DNA of 63,422 nt, the filler included, from Octopus bimaculoides (taxonomy: Eukaryota), in the NCBI RefSeq assembly GCF_001194135.2. It is 4 parts of 4 records of this genome, joined end to end, with 100 filler letters (N's around TTAATTAATTAA, not from the genome) between each part and the next. Parts side by side here need not be neighbours in the genome. Positions count along the whole stretch, not along the records: positions 1 to 30,940 come from NC_068987.1; 3 more parts are not named here. The stretch is one strand, 5' to 3'. The notes under the pieces were generated by a model. That model saw nothing but the letters and a program-made list of their open reading frames with translations, was not told where the DNA came from and ran no database searches. A program made the position numbers and the translations under genes. This document shows, in pieces, positions 1 to 11,830 of the stretch. Position 1 is the stretch's first letter, and the number at the start of each line of letters is the position of its first letter.

Positions 1-69
1 TATATATATATATATATGTATATGTATGTGTATATAGATACACATACACGTGCACACGCTCACTTTCTT

Positions 70-137
<68 letters not shown>

Positions 138-140
138 ACA
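1..140. repeat. Compound microsatellite (TA)n/(CT)n/(CA)n
   Basis: Read directly from the sequence. Confidence 0.95.
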
Positions 141-610
141 GATATGTAATCTGTGAATTAATATTTGCATATATATATATCGTTATTCAGTTATAGAAAA
201 TAAATTTTTACTCCAGCAAAACATGCTGAAATGACTTTTAATATAATCATTTATAAAGAAACAAGGTTTAAAAAGGTGCACTAGTAGAATAAAACAAACA
301 GATTGTATAAGGAGCTGTGATTAAAGTTGGGAATTTAACTAAAAGAGGTAAAGAAAGATTTTTTTTTGTTACTTAGCTTCTTTCGTCACCACTGTAAATG
401 TCTTGGAATTTAAAAAAAGAATGGAATCGCTCCTACGTCTCCCGCCCCCGTAACATCACAAAAAAAACCATGGGATTATGACTCTATTATAAATTAGATG
501 ATTAAAAAAGAACAGGGGAGTATAACTTTTGGAGCAAGTAATGCAGGAAACAATACCAATGTAATTCTTTAACACTAAAGTTTCTATAATTCCTGTGTGC
601 TGATTTCTAT

Positions 611-1404
611 ACTCTTTTTGAGTCCCCAAAAAGGGTTAGCATTACCTTTCCCGCGGAAGACTGAGTATTGAATTTCTTCGTTGTTGCCGAGCCAGGATGC
701 TTCCACCCCAGACTCTGTCTTTTGGATTTTGCCTCATAATGATGGACTCACGTTTCATCTCCTGTGACTATTCTGCTCAAAAATTCCTCGCCCTCATTGT
801 TGTAGCGATCGAGTAAAGGTTGGCAGACTTGAAGACGTTTGCGCTTGAACTCTGCAGTATGCTCTCTTGACACCCATCTTGCATAGACTTTGTGGAAGCC
901 GAGCTCATCGTGGATGATTTGATAGGCAGAACCATGACTAATTTGCAGAGAACGGGCTACCTCATCAATGATAACTCACCGAGTCACCATTACCATCTGT
1001 CGATCTTGCTGAATCTCGTCCGTAGTGGAAGAGAGTCCTGCTCCCTCTTCGTTCGTCATACTTGTCCGGCCACTTTTAAACTTCTCGATCCACTCATACA
1101 CCCTTCTACGCGGTTGTGAAGTGCCCGTATTGGGCTAAAGGCTCTGATGAATTCCAGCACTTGACACACCTTCCGACCCAAAAAATCGGATTACTGCTCT
1201 TTGTTCTTCTTTGGTGCACATTGCTAGTGGAGCGGCCATGTTTACACTGTAAAGCCAGAAAGAAAAATGACGTGATTAGGCTCAAATTTAGATCATGTGA
1301 CCACAATAGTACCAGCTATAAGCATGCATGCGCAGAAGGCAGTGTGACAATAATAAAGATGTGTTATGACGAAAGTGCGGATAATTTTTAACTTCCCCCT
1401 CGTA
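611..1404 (-). mobile_element. Mariner transposon, 5' half, decayed (irritans/Himar1-Hsmar2-like)
   Basis: The minus strand starts TA|CGAGGGGGAAGTTAAAAATTATCCG at 1404 (mariner-type TIR). From the ATG at 1239, manual translation gives MAAPLAMCTKEEQRAVIRF..RRVYEWIEKFKSGRTS..HDELGFHKVYARWVSRE..FLSRIVTGDET*VHHYE..KVMLTLFGDSK, with stops and frameshifts. Truncated near 611. Confidence 0.9.
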
Positions 1405-1422
1405 TTTATGTATACATAAGCA

Positions 1423-1436
1423 TACATACATACATA

Positions 1437-1520
<84 letters not shown>
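1423..1520. repeat. (CA)n/(TA)n microsatellite
   Basis: Read directly from the sequence. Confidence 0.95.
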
Positions 1521-1780
1521 CACACACACATGCATGCATACGTATATATAGATGTGAACACACCCACCCACATACATATATACACACACACATATACACA
1601 CACATGCATGGATATATATACATACTAACATTATATATGTATGTATGTATACATGCGTAGTCGTTTTATTATCATTATTTTATATTTACTTTGTATTATA
1701 TTATACTTATCTATTGTGCTTTTACTTATTAATTTTTCTATATGTGACAGTGGATTTTCATCGATGAGTTNNNNNNNNNN

Positions 1781-1832
<52 letters not shown>

Positions 1833-1833
<1 letters not shown>

Positions 1834-2934
1834 TAGCAGAGATACCCGGCGTTGCTCGTGTAACATGCAATGGAAGAATAAGACTTTTCTGTTATATTTT
1901 CTCTAATGAACTGGAATACTTAGTATTCGAATTTCATCAAAATTGCAGATGAGGGTTCTTTCCCTCTTTACACACCCTAAAAATTCTAATCATGACACAT
2001 GTATCCCATACTACTGATCTTTATGCGGAGATTCCAAAATTCCAGTGCTATGAAACCTGTCAAAAGGATTTTGCTCCTGAAAAATGGATGTCATGGAGTT
2101 TTAAAATGAGGGAGTTAAGGCCCCTATTGGATATGGGTGTCTTAATGTCAACCAGAGCAGTTGAATTGTTGAGAATCTTTTTGACTTGAGTGTTATATCT
2201 ATTATTCAAATTTATTTTAAATAGGAAATATATGTATGTTCACTGGGTTTGTAAAAGAGAGCAAAGCTACAGGAAACCAAAAGACGAATGATCACAATAA
2301 GCAGTCAGCTACCCTACCCTAGTCGTTAATACACCCCAATGTAGGATTCGTCACCATACAGGTGACAGGCACAGCCGTAAGATGCATTACGGATCGATAG
2401 CAATTGGAGGGGCGTGACCCAACTCAAACATTAACAACTGTGTGACGTGAGGGCTAAGGTGAAATGAAAGTGTCACCTCTGGAGTTTGCAACTGACCACT
2501 ATACCGATAGGTAAGTGGACTGAATAAATTTACAATCTATAAATATCTTATATATATATATCTTATCTATATATATACATAATATATATTATATATATGT
2601 AAGTATGTATATATGTATGTATACCTGTATATATGTGAGATAATAGTTTCTCTTTTATAGTTTCAATATTAAAGTGAAACTATTAAAGTGAAAATATCTG
2701 ACATTACAATAGAGAGATTTTATTGTTTCACTTTTGACACGTAATACTGCAATAGTGGAGGAGATATAATATTTCTCTGGGCTCGTACTAGGCAAGAGGT
2801 TAAAATTTGTTTGAGTCTATGACATTACATGGACCATAAGTAAGGCATGTGTAAAATTTGAATGAAATTGGTTGTGAAGTTTTAGGGATTCACACAGACA
2901 GACACACACACATTCTCATCTTTATATATATAGA
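1833..2934 (-). mobile_element. Non-autonomous Helitron-type element, both ends present
   Basis: On the minus strand the element begins A|TCTATATATATAAAGATGAGAATGTGTG (2934) and ends ...CGAGCAACGCCGGGTATCTCTGCTAG|T (1833). These are the TC/CTAG termini, GC-rich subterminal motif and A/T insertion site with no TSD expected of Helitrons. Confidence 0.8.
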
Positions 2935-3026
2935 TATACATATATTGTTTGTGATATATAAAAATAATTTAACATTGAACCGATGGATTAGTCAACACGT
3001 TTAGTAGAGTACATATTTATTCACAT

Positions 3027-3103
3027 TTACAAAGAAAATGTTGACAATGAATTCGAAGATTCGTCTTGTTTAAACGTAGTTACAACAGTAATATGTACTT
3101 CTA
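3027..3103 (-). CDS. Candidate terminal exon of a putative CUB-like gene (speculative)
   Basis: Acceptor tttcatttcag, phase 1, reads (I)EVHITVVTTFKQDESSNSLSTFSL*, with AATAAA just after the stop. The phase fits the 4344-4450 candidate. No homology search was run. Confidence 0.25.
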
Positions 3104-3367
3104 CTGAAATGAAATTTCAGTAAATTTTCTGTATGTTTGTGCTGCTGAAGATTGTTCTGCATTTTACATTTAATGCAATGCTCGCATTGCTTAAATAAAT
3201 GGAGTCGCACGAAACGATAGTACTGGAGTAACCTTGAATATCCTTGTTGCTTATTTTGATTTTTGATCAAATTATTTTTTGGAATTGTGTGGATAATACC
3301 ATACTAAATTCTGGTGCCTAAACATAAGTACCATATTCACTTTGAATCTAAATTTATNNNNNNNNNN

Positions 3368-3399
<32 letters not shown>

Positions 3400-3797
3400 G
3401 TATATGTAAACTAGACTGATAGGAAGACAGATGGAGGGGGAGAGAGAAAAATACAACGAGTGTGTGTGTGCGTCTATGTGCATATGTGTATGTGTGTGTG
3501 TGTAATGTATGTGTATACCATATATGTTATGTAATATTGAAAATAAAAGTTGCAGTTCCGAGTATTCTATTTTTATTTTCTCAGAAACTTTACAAATATG
3601 TCACATTTACACGTACCTACACACGCACGCACACACACATCAAGCACTCACACACCACGCGCACACACACATTCACACATACACACACATCGCATACCCA
3701 CACACCACGAGCACACACATTGCCCCCAGCATGTGTGTGCGTGTGCATGTATATATATGTGTATATATATATATATTTATTCATGTATATTATATAT

Positions 3798-3857
<60 letters not shown>

Positions 3858-4033
3858 CTATCTATCTATATATGTATATATACACATATATACATATATA
3901 TATGTATTTATATATATATGCACATGCATACATACATACACACATACATACCCTTCAAATCTAATTACCCTGCTTATGCAAGCATTCATGCGCCTACCTC
4001 CCTAGACACACACATACACACATACACACACAC

Positions 4034-4069
<36 letters not shown>

Positions 4070-4343
4070 ACACACACACACATGCACATATATGAAACTG
4101 TTAAATATTAGCACGAACGCAGAAATTTTTTTAAGGAAGACCAAAACAAAGAAGAAAGAAGAATATAAATACTCGTGTGTATGTATGAAACTAGTTTTGC
4201 CTTTAAACACACCTGGAAAGAATTAAGTCAAATTGTAATGACGTAGATTTCAAATCCTCTTTATTCACATCGTATATTATTTTCATGACGCATGATATAT
4301 AACCGTCCCATCTATAGTCATCTGGTGCACTAACCCAACTTAC

Positions 4344-4450
4344 TCATATGGTTTTTAGCATTGTGACAGTCATATGAATAAGCCTTTACGTCAAGCGTAA
4401 GTTGACTTAACCCTTTTAGTAAAATGGACGAATTCCAAGTGCATATGAAC
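4344..4450 (-). CDS. Candidate internal exon (107 nt, phase 2 to 1) of a putative CUB-like gene
   Basis: Acceptor tcttttttacttcatcaatag and consensus donor GTAAGT. The open frame reads (R)FICTWNSSILLKGLSQLTLDVKAYSYDCHNAKNHM. Confidence 0.35.
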
Positions 4451-4749
4451 CTATTGATGAAGTAAAAAAGATTAATTCTTTTGCTGTTTATTTTCTTTCT
4501 TTACATTATTTAGTTAGAGGAGGAATGTCTGTGAGATTTTCTGAGACATTTTTCCGTGAATGCCCGTGACATTTTCAGGGTTTCCAAGATTGGTGAAGGA
4601 GGAATGGCAAAAAGTTATCTTCAGACAGGAGACCTGGCTCGAATGCTTGTAGGTGGCGCTGTTATACCGGATAACGGATGACATCTACAACACAGTTAAT
4701 ATCCTACACAACATATGCGTGTATACATATATGTGTGTACTATATATAT

Positions 4750-4860
4750 AATAAACACAATACATGTTTTTATGTGCTACTAATAGTTTCATGTGCTGAG
4801 AACATGCCAAACAATGTTTTATAACACGTCTGTTTCATAATAGTCATCAGGCACAACCTA
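4750..4860 (-). mobile_element. PLE (Naiad-like) 3' terminal/pLTR fragment
   Basis: The reverse complement matches 15225-15335 (ggcatg(t/c)tctcagcacatgaa..tagtagcacataaaa..tattgtgttta), the 3' tail of the PLE there. Confidence 0.65.
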
Positions 4861-5120
4861 CATAACATAACGAACTAAAAATGATATGAGAGAAGAAACG
4901 AGAAAAGCAGGGAGGAAGTGTATAGAAAAAGGAAAAGGGTGAAGGTGAAAAAAAAAGAAGAGAAAACGAATAATAGAAAAGAAGCAAAAGAGGAAAAGGA
5001 GTTATCTCCCTTGGACCGTAATTTATAAGGCTGAAAAAATAGTGGCTTAAAGTTTATGGTACAGCTATTAATCAGATAAAGGAGGAACTTCCCAATTCTT
5101 CAACAGGAACTGAGGCATAT

Positions 5121-5602
5121 ACTCTTTTACTCTTTTACTTATTTCATTCATTTGACTGCGGCCATGCTGGAGCACCACCTTTAGTCGAGCAAATCGACCC
5201 CAGGACTTATTCTTTGGAAGCCTAGTACTTATTCTATCGGTTCTCTTTTGCCGAACGGCTAAGTTACGGGGACGTAAACACACCAACATCGGTTGTCAAG
5301 CGATGTTGGGGGGGGGNNNNNNNNNNNNNNNNNNNNNNNNNNNNNNNNNNNNNNNNNNNNNNNNNNNNNNNNNNNNNNNNNNNNNNNNNNNNNNNNNNNN
5401 NNNNNNNNNNNNNNNNNNNATATATATATATATATATACGACGGGCTTCTTTCAGCTTCCATCTACCAAATCCACTCACAAGGTTGTGATCGGCCCGAGG
5501 CTATAGTAGAAAACACTTGCCCAAGGTGCCACGCAGTGGGACTGAACCCAGAACCATGTGATTGGTAAGCAAGCTACTTACCACACAGCCACTCCTGCGC
5601 CT
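5121..5602 (-). mobile_element. tRNA-derived SINE family A (CORE-like segment, central microsatellite)
   Basis: Head AGGCGCAGGAGTGGCTGTGTGGTAAG..GGTTCAGTCCCAC, then GGCACCTTGGGCAAGTG, and tail GGCCGCAGTCAAATGA..(AAAAGAGT)n. Many similar copies occur in the window. Confidence 0.9.
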
Positions 5603-7320
5603 AGAAGATTTCAGATCTAGAGTTCAGCAGTGAGTTAGCGATCTTAGATCTGAAAAGGATCTGAGCTATTTCAGTTAAGCATAGCTTACAATTTTTTGAT
5701 CCGTTAACGCATGGTGTGGATTTTTTGATTATTTTCCACTGTGGAGTTGAGTTAGATTTCAAACTTCATACGTGGCTAGCCAACCTAGTAGCTTTGCTTT
5801 TATCCCTATGTCGGAAGGAAGCCATGTGATTAATATAGTGATTCTTAAATTCTCCTTCGCATAGTCCGACATAGCTCTTATCGGCTGTGTTATCATCTAG
5901 TGTTGCAGTAATGTCTGCCTCATATATGACGGATTTAATCATACATCACTGGTCAAATAAACAGGTTTCTGGGCCTCAACAGTTACAACTAGATTTAGGC
6001 TCTTGGTGTTGACCTCGTGTAATGATACTCTTTATATTGGGGTAGCAGCTATGTAATAATTTCACAGAACACCTGTTAAATATTTTCCTGTACATATGAT
6101 TTTCTGAAAATGTTTAAGAAACACAGAGATCTTTTACCTATGTTAGATTTTACATTAAGGAAAAAGGAGGGGGAGGCGAAACAAATAATTTCCCTTGGTC
6201 TATTTTTAGGTTTATTATTATTATTCTGATTAATATTAGAAGGGTTCTATATTAATTTATCTTTAAAGCCACTATTGGTTTAGGCATTGTTATAGTAGGG
6301 GGTTACTTTCTCGAAATTTTCTTTAGAGGAAGAGAGGTTAGACATTATTTTACTGATATTAGCTATCAAGTTTTTAAGCATTACACGAGGATGATAAGAC
6401 TGTGTATGTGTATAGGGGATTTTCTCGTTACGCTTATGAAAAGGTTTATAAGAGGAGGAGTTCAAGTCTAGGGAAACATCTAAGAAATCATCTATAGGCA
6501 GATTAGTAGCTACTATGATTTTAAAGACTAATTGACAGAATATAGAAATACGTTGTTTCTTAAATTTACCAAGAGTGTGACCATCACAGCGATGGGAAAT
6601 ATCCAAACCGTCGTCTCAGTATATACTAATATCGAGAGATGAGTACTTGGATCTGATTGTGTTTAATACAAAGAGACTCAAAATGTCGCAGACGTCAGCA
6701 CTATTGTGCGACCCCATAGTTACATCAAATAATTCATCATTATTCAACCTTTTTTTACCCATGCAGATTCCTTACTAAACTAGTGTTTTCATCGTATGCC
6801 TGATACAGTCCAGGTCTAAAGGGTCTATATCAACATATGATTTAGTAAACTCATATCTAGATCACTACTTGATAACAAGTAGTGATCTAGATATGGCTGG
6901 ATAAAAATATATAATGACAAACTGAGCGAATCTAGCCTTATTCCTAATCTTAATGTTCTTGAACCAATCTACTATAGTAAAACTATTATTCTATAGTTGA
7001 AGCCCAGTGTTCTCTCTAATTTCATTATCAATGTTTCTTAGTATTTTTTTAGTTACTGCCCCAATTTCAGAGCTTCTGGGTTTAATGATCTACGAGTAGC
7101 TTTATTTTGAAAATTAGGTTTATGGTCTTTTAAAGTAAGAAAGGCTTCTCTTTTAGCTAAGCATTCTAATTCATCGTCGATATTACTACGTTTAGCGAGG
7201 AATTTAGCCTCAACATTAATATAATTGTATCTCTCTATGTTAGGTTTCTTATATTTAGTAAAAATGGTGTCATTTAGCAACTTAATACAGTCTTATCAGG
7301 AAATATGAACTTCTTTTTAG
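5603..7320 (-). mobile_element. Penelope-like retroelement (Naiad-like): RT plus C-terminal GIY-YIG, decayed
   Basis: Manual translation gives EAFLTLKDHKPNF, FDVTMGSHNSADVCDILSLFVL..IY*DDGL, DFLDVSLDLNSSSYKPF, SSCNC*..C..C, SVIYEA..KSYVGLCEGEFK and CKLCLTE..LLNSRSEIF, with multiple stops and frameshifts. Confidence 0.9.
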
Positions 7321-7442
7321 AATTTCTATATCATATATCGTANNNNNNNNNNNNNNNNNNNNNNNNNNNNNNNNNNNNNNNNNNNNNNNNNNNNNNNNNN
7401 NNNNNNNNNNNNNNNNNNNNNNNNNNNNNNNNNNNNNNNNNN

Positions 7443-7698
7443 GTGTGAAAGAAATCGGAATCGACATAGCAGAGTAAGCCCCCCAAACTGGTCTGCTGGG
7501 GACAGTTAGAATTTTGAAATTGGTACTAGGATGTTGAATGTCTCACACGATAATTAACAATCAAGTATCAAACCTTATAATGTGCGGGAAGAGATCCTGG
7601 GAGACCTCTGAGAGCAGGCTGCTGTCTGCTCTCACAGAATCTATCAGAACAAACAAGACCGAACGTTCTGAGAGGTAAAGCAATAATAATAATAATAA
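7443..7698 (+). mobile_element. R4/Dong-like non-LTR retrotransposon 3' end with (AAT)n tail
   Basis: Reads VKEIGIDIAE*APQTGLLGTVRILKLVLGC* (the LLGTARI C-terminal motif), then a ~140-nt 3' UTR and (AAT)n. Confidence 0.7.
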
Positions 7699-7699
7699 T

Positions 7700-7903
7700 G
7701 AACTAATCTATATAGATAATATCGATTTCAATTAAGTAGAAATTGTTGATAGTACAAGTTTCGGCAACAAATGGATTATAATAATAATATAGTGATAGAC
7801 TTAAGATCGAATATCGATGAAGCAATTGTAATTCTATGTAATTAAATAACTTGCTCATTCCATTCTGCTTGTGAATATTAATATATTTATATGTATGTGT
7901 GTG

Positions 7904-7935
<32 letters not shown>

Positions 7936-9415
7936 TGTATGTATGTGTGTGTGTACGTATGTATGTATGTATGTATGTATGTTTGTATGTATGTATATGT
8001 AAAATCCTGTGTTGAAACAGATATTGTTGTATTTGGGGATGGTCATGTTGCCAGTTTAGCCAATAAAAACGCACGCACTATATATTTGGTGTTAATTTGC
8101 TTCAGCTTTATTTTATATTACATTAATCGCATTTCGGCCAGAGTTCTTTCGTCACACTTCTGTGACCGCATCAGTAGTCCTTTGCTTTGTTCTTTCTTAT
8201 TTGTGTGTCTTACCTTACTAACGATCAGCCATTTTGTATTTTGTATTCCTATTGTATGTGTCTTTATTTGCGCTTGCGTATCCCCCTATGTATGTCTATG
8301 CTTAGTAAGTGCGTGTGTGTGTATGGGGAATGCCTATATTATCTGTATCCCCTGTTTATACACGTTCGGTTAATTTGTTTTTATTTGTTCATGTGCTTAG
8401 ACCTACTTGTTATTATTTTTTTCTATTCTTTCTTTTTTTGTATTTTTTGTATTTAATTTAATATAATTTTGTTAACGTATATAGTTATTTAATTCCATTT
8501 GCTTATCTGTGTATTGTATTATATTTTGTTCATATTGTTATCAGTTTCTGGGGATTTTATTCTGTCATATGTTGTGGTGTGTTGGGGGTGTGTGCTAGTG
8601 TTCCATTCCAGTTTCCTATTCAGGCTAGGTTTATCTTCTATTATGTGTGTAGCTTCTGTAATTTGTCTAAGCTTTGCGTCTGTTCTATGTATGGACAAGA
8701 TTTTAACTTCTATGTTGTTGAGTGAGCCTCCGTGTTCCTGCTCAGCGTGCTGGTACAGAACTGATGAGCTCTTCTCTTCCTTAAGTTCCCTCCAATGGTC
8801 ATTTACCCGCTCTCCTATGCTCCGTGCCGTTTCCCCTACGTACGTCGTTGTCTTGTTACTGCATCGTCCCTCTGTACATCTTATACTATAGACTACATTT
8901 CTGGCTTTGCAGTTTGTTTGTGGGCTAAATCTACATACAGTACAGTTCCTATCAGTACAGGGGGTTCTACTGAAAGGGTAGATTCTACCGATAAGGGATT
9001 TGATAGGGTTGCCTGGTCTTTCAACAACCTTAATTCTTAGTTTAAGTTTGTCTAGGGCCCTTCTAAAGCGGTACGCTAGTTCACCTCTAGGGGTAGTGTC
9101 GACGAACATGACACTCTGGTATTTGTGGCTATCATACCATGAGTTGGCCTTCCCTATTTTCTTCTTAATCCTTTCAATGGTGTTCCATGACTTGGTCCTA
9201 TAAAGTGGGCAAATCCCATTCCTATCGTTACGATTGATAGTTTCAAATTTCCTCATAGTTCCTTTGTATACTCTGATCCTTTCTTTATGGCTGTAACCTG
9301 AAAACTGTATGCGGTGAACGAAATGTTGTATATGTCTCGTTAACTCTGTAGGGTCGCACATGCGAGACACATTTCGCATTACTCTGACGAGGTCTGCCAT
9401 CAATATATTGAAGGG
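7700..9415 (-). mobile_element. Penelope-like element 3' portion (linker, GIY-YIG, 3' tail); different clade from the Naiad-like copies
   Basis: Contains the long GIY-YIG ORF listed below, followed by an A-rich tail with microsatellites. The 3' boundary is approximate. Confidence 0.8.
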
Positions 9416-9418
9416 CAT
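8519..9418 (-). CDS. Uninterrupted 299-aa ORF: PLE linker, Cys cluster and GIY-YIG endonuclease
   Basis: The ORF track gives 8519..9475 from a TTG; the first ATG is at 9418. Motifs: FSGY, FVDTTPRGEL, IKVVERPG, PC..C..C..C, VVYSIRC..YVGETARSIGERVNDH, LRQITEA, LNRKLEW. No RT catalytic core. Confidence 0.8.
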   Translation of the reverse strand: MPFNILMADLVRVMRNVSRMCDPTELTRHIQHFVHRIQFSGYSHKERIRVYKGTMRKFETINRNDRNGICPLYRTKSWNTIERIKKKIGKANSWYDSHKYQSVMFVDTTPRGELAYRFRRALDKLKLRIKVVERPGNPIKSLIGRIYPFSRTPCTDRNCTVCRFSPQTNCKARNVVYSIRCTEGRCSNKTTTYVGETARSIGERVNDHWRELKEEKSSSVLYQHAEQEHGGSLNNIEVKILSIHRTDAKLRQITEATHIIEDKPSLNRKLEWNTSTHPQHTTTYDRIKSPETDNNMNKI

Positions 9419-9563
9419 AAACCTTTTTCCACGAAAAGATAGCTTAAACTGTGCTCTAAATGGAAGTGTTGTCAAATCCTATTTTATGGACTCAACCATG
9501 TTCTAAAATAAGTCGAAAGGTAAGCTACTATAAATCGGCACGAACTTTCCGGACAACCCAATA
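9415..9563 (-). mobile_element. Mariner 5' terminal fragment (TIR plus leader) fused to the PLE ORF
   Basis: The minus strand reads TA|TTGGGTTGTCCGGAAAGTTCGTGCCGATTT, a mariner-type TIR. It resembles TA|TTAGGTTGTTCCGAAAA at 24766 and TA|TTGAGTTGTCAGATAAA at 35342. Confidence 0.65.
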
Positions 9564-10189
9564 TATATGTTAATTCACAAGAAGTGATAAATTACAGAAC
9601 TCAGTACAGATGTAGAGTATTCTTTAATACTTTATAACTGAAAGTCTCTTCCGATCACAAGTTGGTAAATCGGGCCTGGTTTTCTTTTGAATAGCCACTG
9701 TCCTGAATATGTTTTGAAATATGAAATGGAAGTTTGAAGGAAAAGCTTCTCCTTATGTTCTTTCGTTAAAAAACCTTTGTGAACGACACGTGCAAACGCG
9801 ACTGCTTCAAGCACACGCTTTTGATTTCACTTCTGGTTCTTGTGGTAATATTATTATAAACATCATAAACTCTATGCAACCGAAGTTAGGAAATTGCATT
9901 GCTTTTTAAGCAAAGTTTCAAAATAATACTTTTAAGAAATAATGTTAATTAATATTTTAAAAAACAATGAGTGTGTACGCGAGTGTTCATTTTGCACGCG
10001 CCTGTGTAGACGCATACATATACACATATGCACACTTATAGACACACACATATATATATACAGAATTATATATTCATGTATACGTGTATACATACACGTA
10101 TACATATACACATATGCCATTATACCTATACTCACACACAGACAAGCAACCACACATATTAAAACATATATCAATAAAACCTATTAATT

Positions 10190-10615
10190 AAATATTTCGA
10201 AAACCAACGGTTTTTCTGAACCAAAACGAATTTCGAGGAGGCTTGTATTTGCATAAAATATACTTAGCCACGTTAACAAGTCAGTTCTTTTGTTCAAACT
10301 ATTGGTGCCTTCAACCAAAATTCTCAGTTTTTCGCTCAAACAAAGGTCACATCGAATTTGATTTGAAGCTCCCGTTCCTGTATGGTTGCACATTATCTAC
10401 AGTAGACCAGGTAATTTTGAATTCATGAGGACTTATTTCACGCAAGGACCACATGAACTTCGAGCCGTAGTGCATTTTCTGTCGGGAGCTGACAAATGAA
10501 TGTTTATGTTTGCAGAAAGTGAGTTTTAAGTATAGGTTTTAAGTTCATCACTGTTGTTTGATTCAACCTTTGCATTGTATACTATCGACTTTTCTAGGGA
10601 GTTGCCATCTAGTGG
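10190..10615 (-). mobile_element. PLE (Naiad-like) GIY-YIG C-terminal fragment
   Basis: Reads PLDGNSLEKSIVYNAKVES..KTY, HKHSF, KFMWSLRE..KITWS and RCDLCLSEKLRIL..SLNKRTDLL. Confidence 0.8.
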
Positions 10616-10974
10616 ATAGTTTTTACGCTTGTTTGAGTGTGTGTTTGTCCATCTCCACACATAAAACAACCGGTATTGGTTCCTTTACACCACCGCAACG
10701 TAGCAGTTCGAAAAAGAAAGACCAACAGAATGAGCACCACTCTTAAAACATAAGAACTGGGATCTTCTGCGAATAAACCGTGCAAGGGAGTGCTCCAGCA
10801 TATTTGCAGTCCAAAGACGAAAACAGGTAAAAGAATAAATGAATGCAAGAATGATAAAATACGCATATACATGTATACAATTCAGTGGTAGAATCATTCA
10901 GTTATAGTGGTTTAAAACCAGCACCTGACTTTTGAGTGCTTTTGGCGAAATGCATTTTGTTATAAGCATTCATA

Positions 10975-11178
10975 TTCTTTATTGCCCACAAAGGGCTAAA
11001 CATAGAGGGGACAAACAAATTAAGTCGATTACATCGACCCCAGTGCGTAACTGGTGCTTTATTTATCGACCCCGAAAGGATGAAAGGCTAAGTCGACCTC
11101 GGCGGAATTTGAACTCAGAACGTAGCAGCAGACAAAATACCGCTAAGAATTTCGCCCAACGTGCTAACGTTTCTGATT
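10975..11178 (-). mobile_element. tRNA-derived SINE family D (contains GAGGTCGACTT..CCTTTCATCCTTTCGGGGTCGATAAA, Meta-domain-like)
   Basis: Reverse complement of the family-D core, which is seen at 29012-29240. Confidence 0.85.
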
Positions 11179-11489
11179 GAGTCTCAGCTATAAAAGGCAA
11201 CTTCTACATTTTCTCGCAGTAGTTTCTGAGGCTCTAAAAAAGGAACACGGCAGCTAACCTTCTTCTTCTAAGTTATGTGAGTTGATAGATAGACACACAA
11301 ATCTCTTGTTAAATAAATATATGACACGTATTAATCACACTGAAGTATTTATAGAGAGTAGTTGGGAAGAAGGTAAAAGAAAAACAATAATTATTGTTGA
11401 CATAAGAATTTTAGAAACTATGAGAGATATGAAATAGTTTTAAACACGGAAATCGAAGTAGATAAAGCTAAAAATGATTCTTTGTAATT

Positions 11490-11830
11490 TGGACACAAGG
11501 CCTGAAATCTTGTGGGATAGGCTGGTCGATTAGATCGACTCTAGCACTTGATTAGTACTTAGTTTATCGACCCCGAAAAGATGAAAAGCAAAATCGAATT
11601 CGGTGTAATTTGGACACAGAATATAAAGACTGACGAAATTTCCACAAAGCGTTTTATCCGGCGAATCAACGATTCTGTCAGCTCGCTGTCTTGCCTTTTT
11701 TGCCAGCTAAGTGGACTGGAGCAACGCGAAATGAAATATTTTGTTCAAGAACACAACGCATTGCCCTGTCCAGAAAACGAAATCGCAGTCTTACGATCAT
11801 GAGTGCAACGTCATAATCATTAAACCACAC
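11490..11830 (-). mobile_element. Adjacent degenerate SINE fragments (families D and C)
   Basis: The D core (tttatcgaccccgaaaagatgaaaag) is followed by a C-type segment (tttttgccagctaagtggactggagcaacg..gttcaagaacacaacgc). Confidence 0.7.

Noticed and set aside
5760-5990. In-frame TGA codons in the Naiad-like GIY-YIG region as selenocysteine (reported for some Naiads)
   Set aside because: The TGAs fall next to, not on, the conserved Cys (CNC*, Q*C) or at the Trp of HVW. The copy also has TAA/TAG stops and frameshifts, so this is decay.
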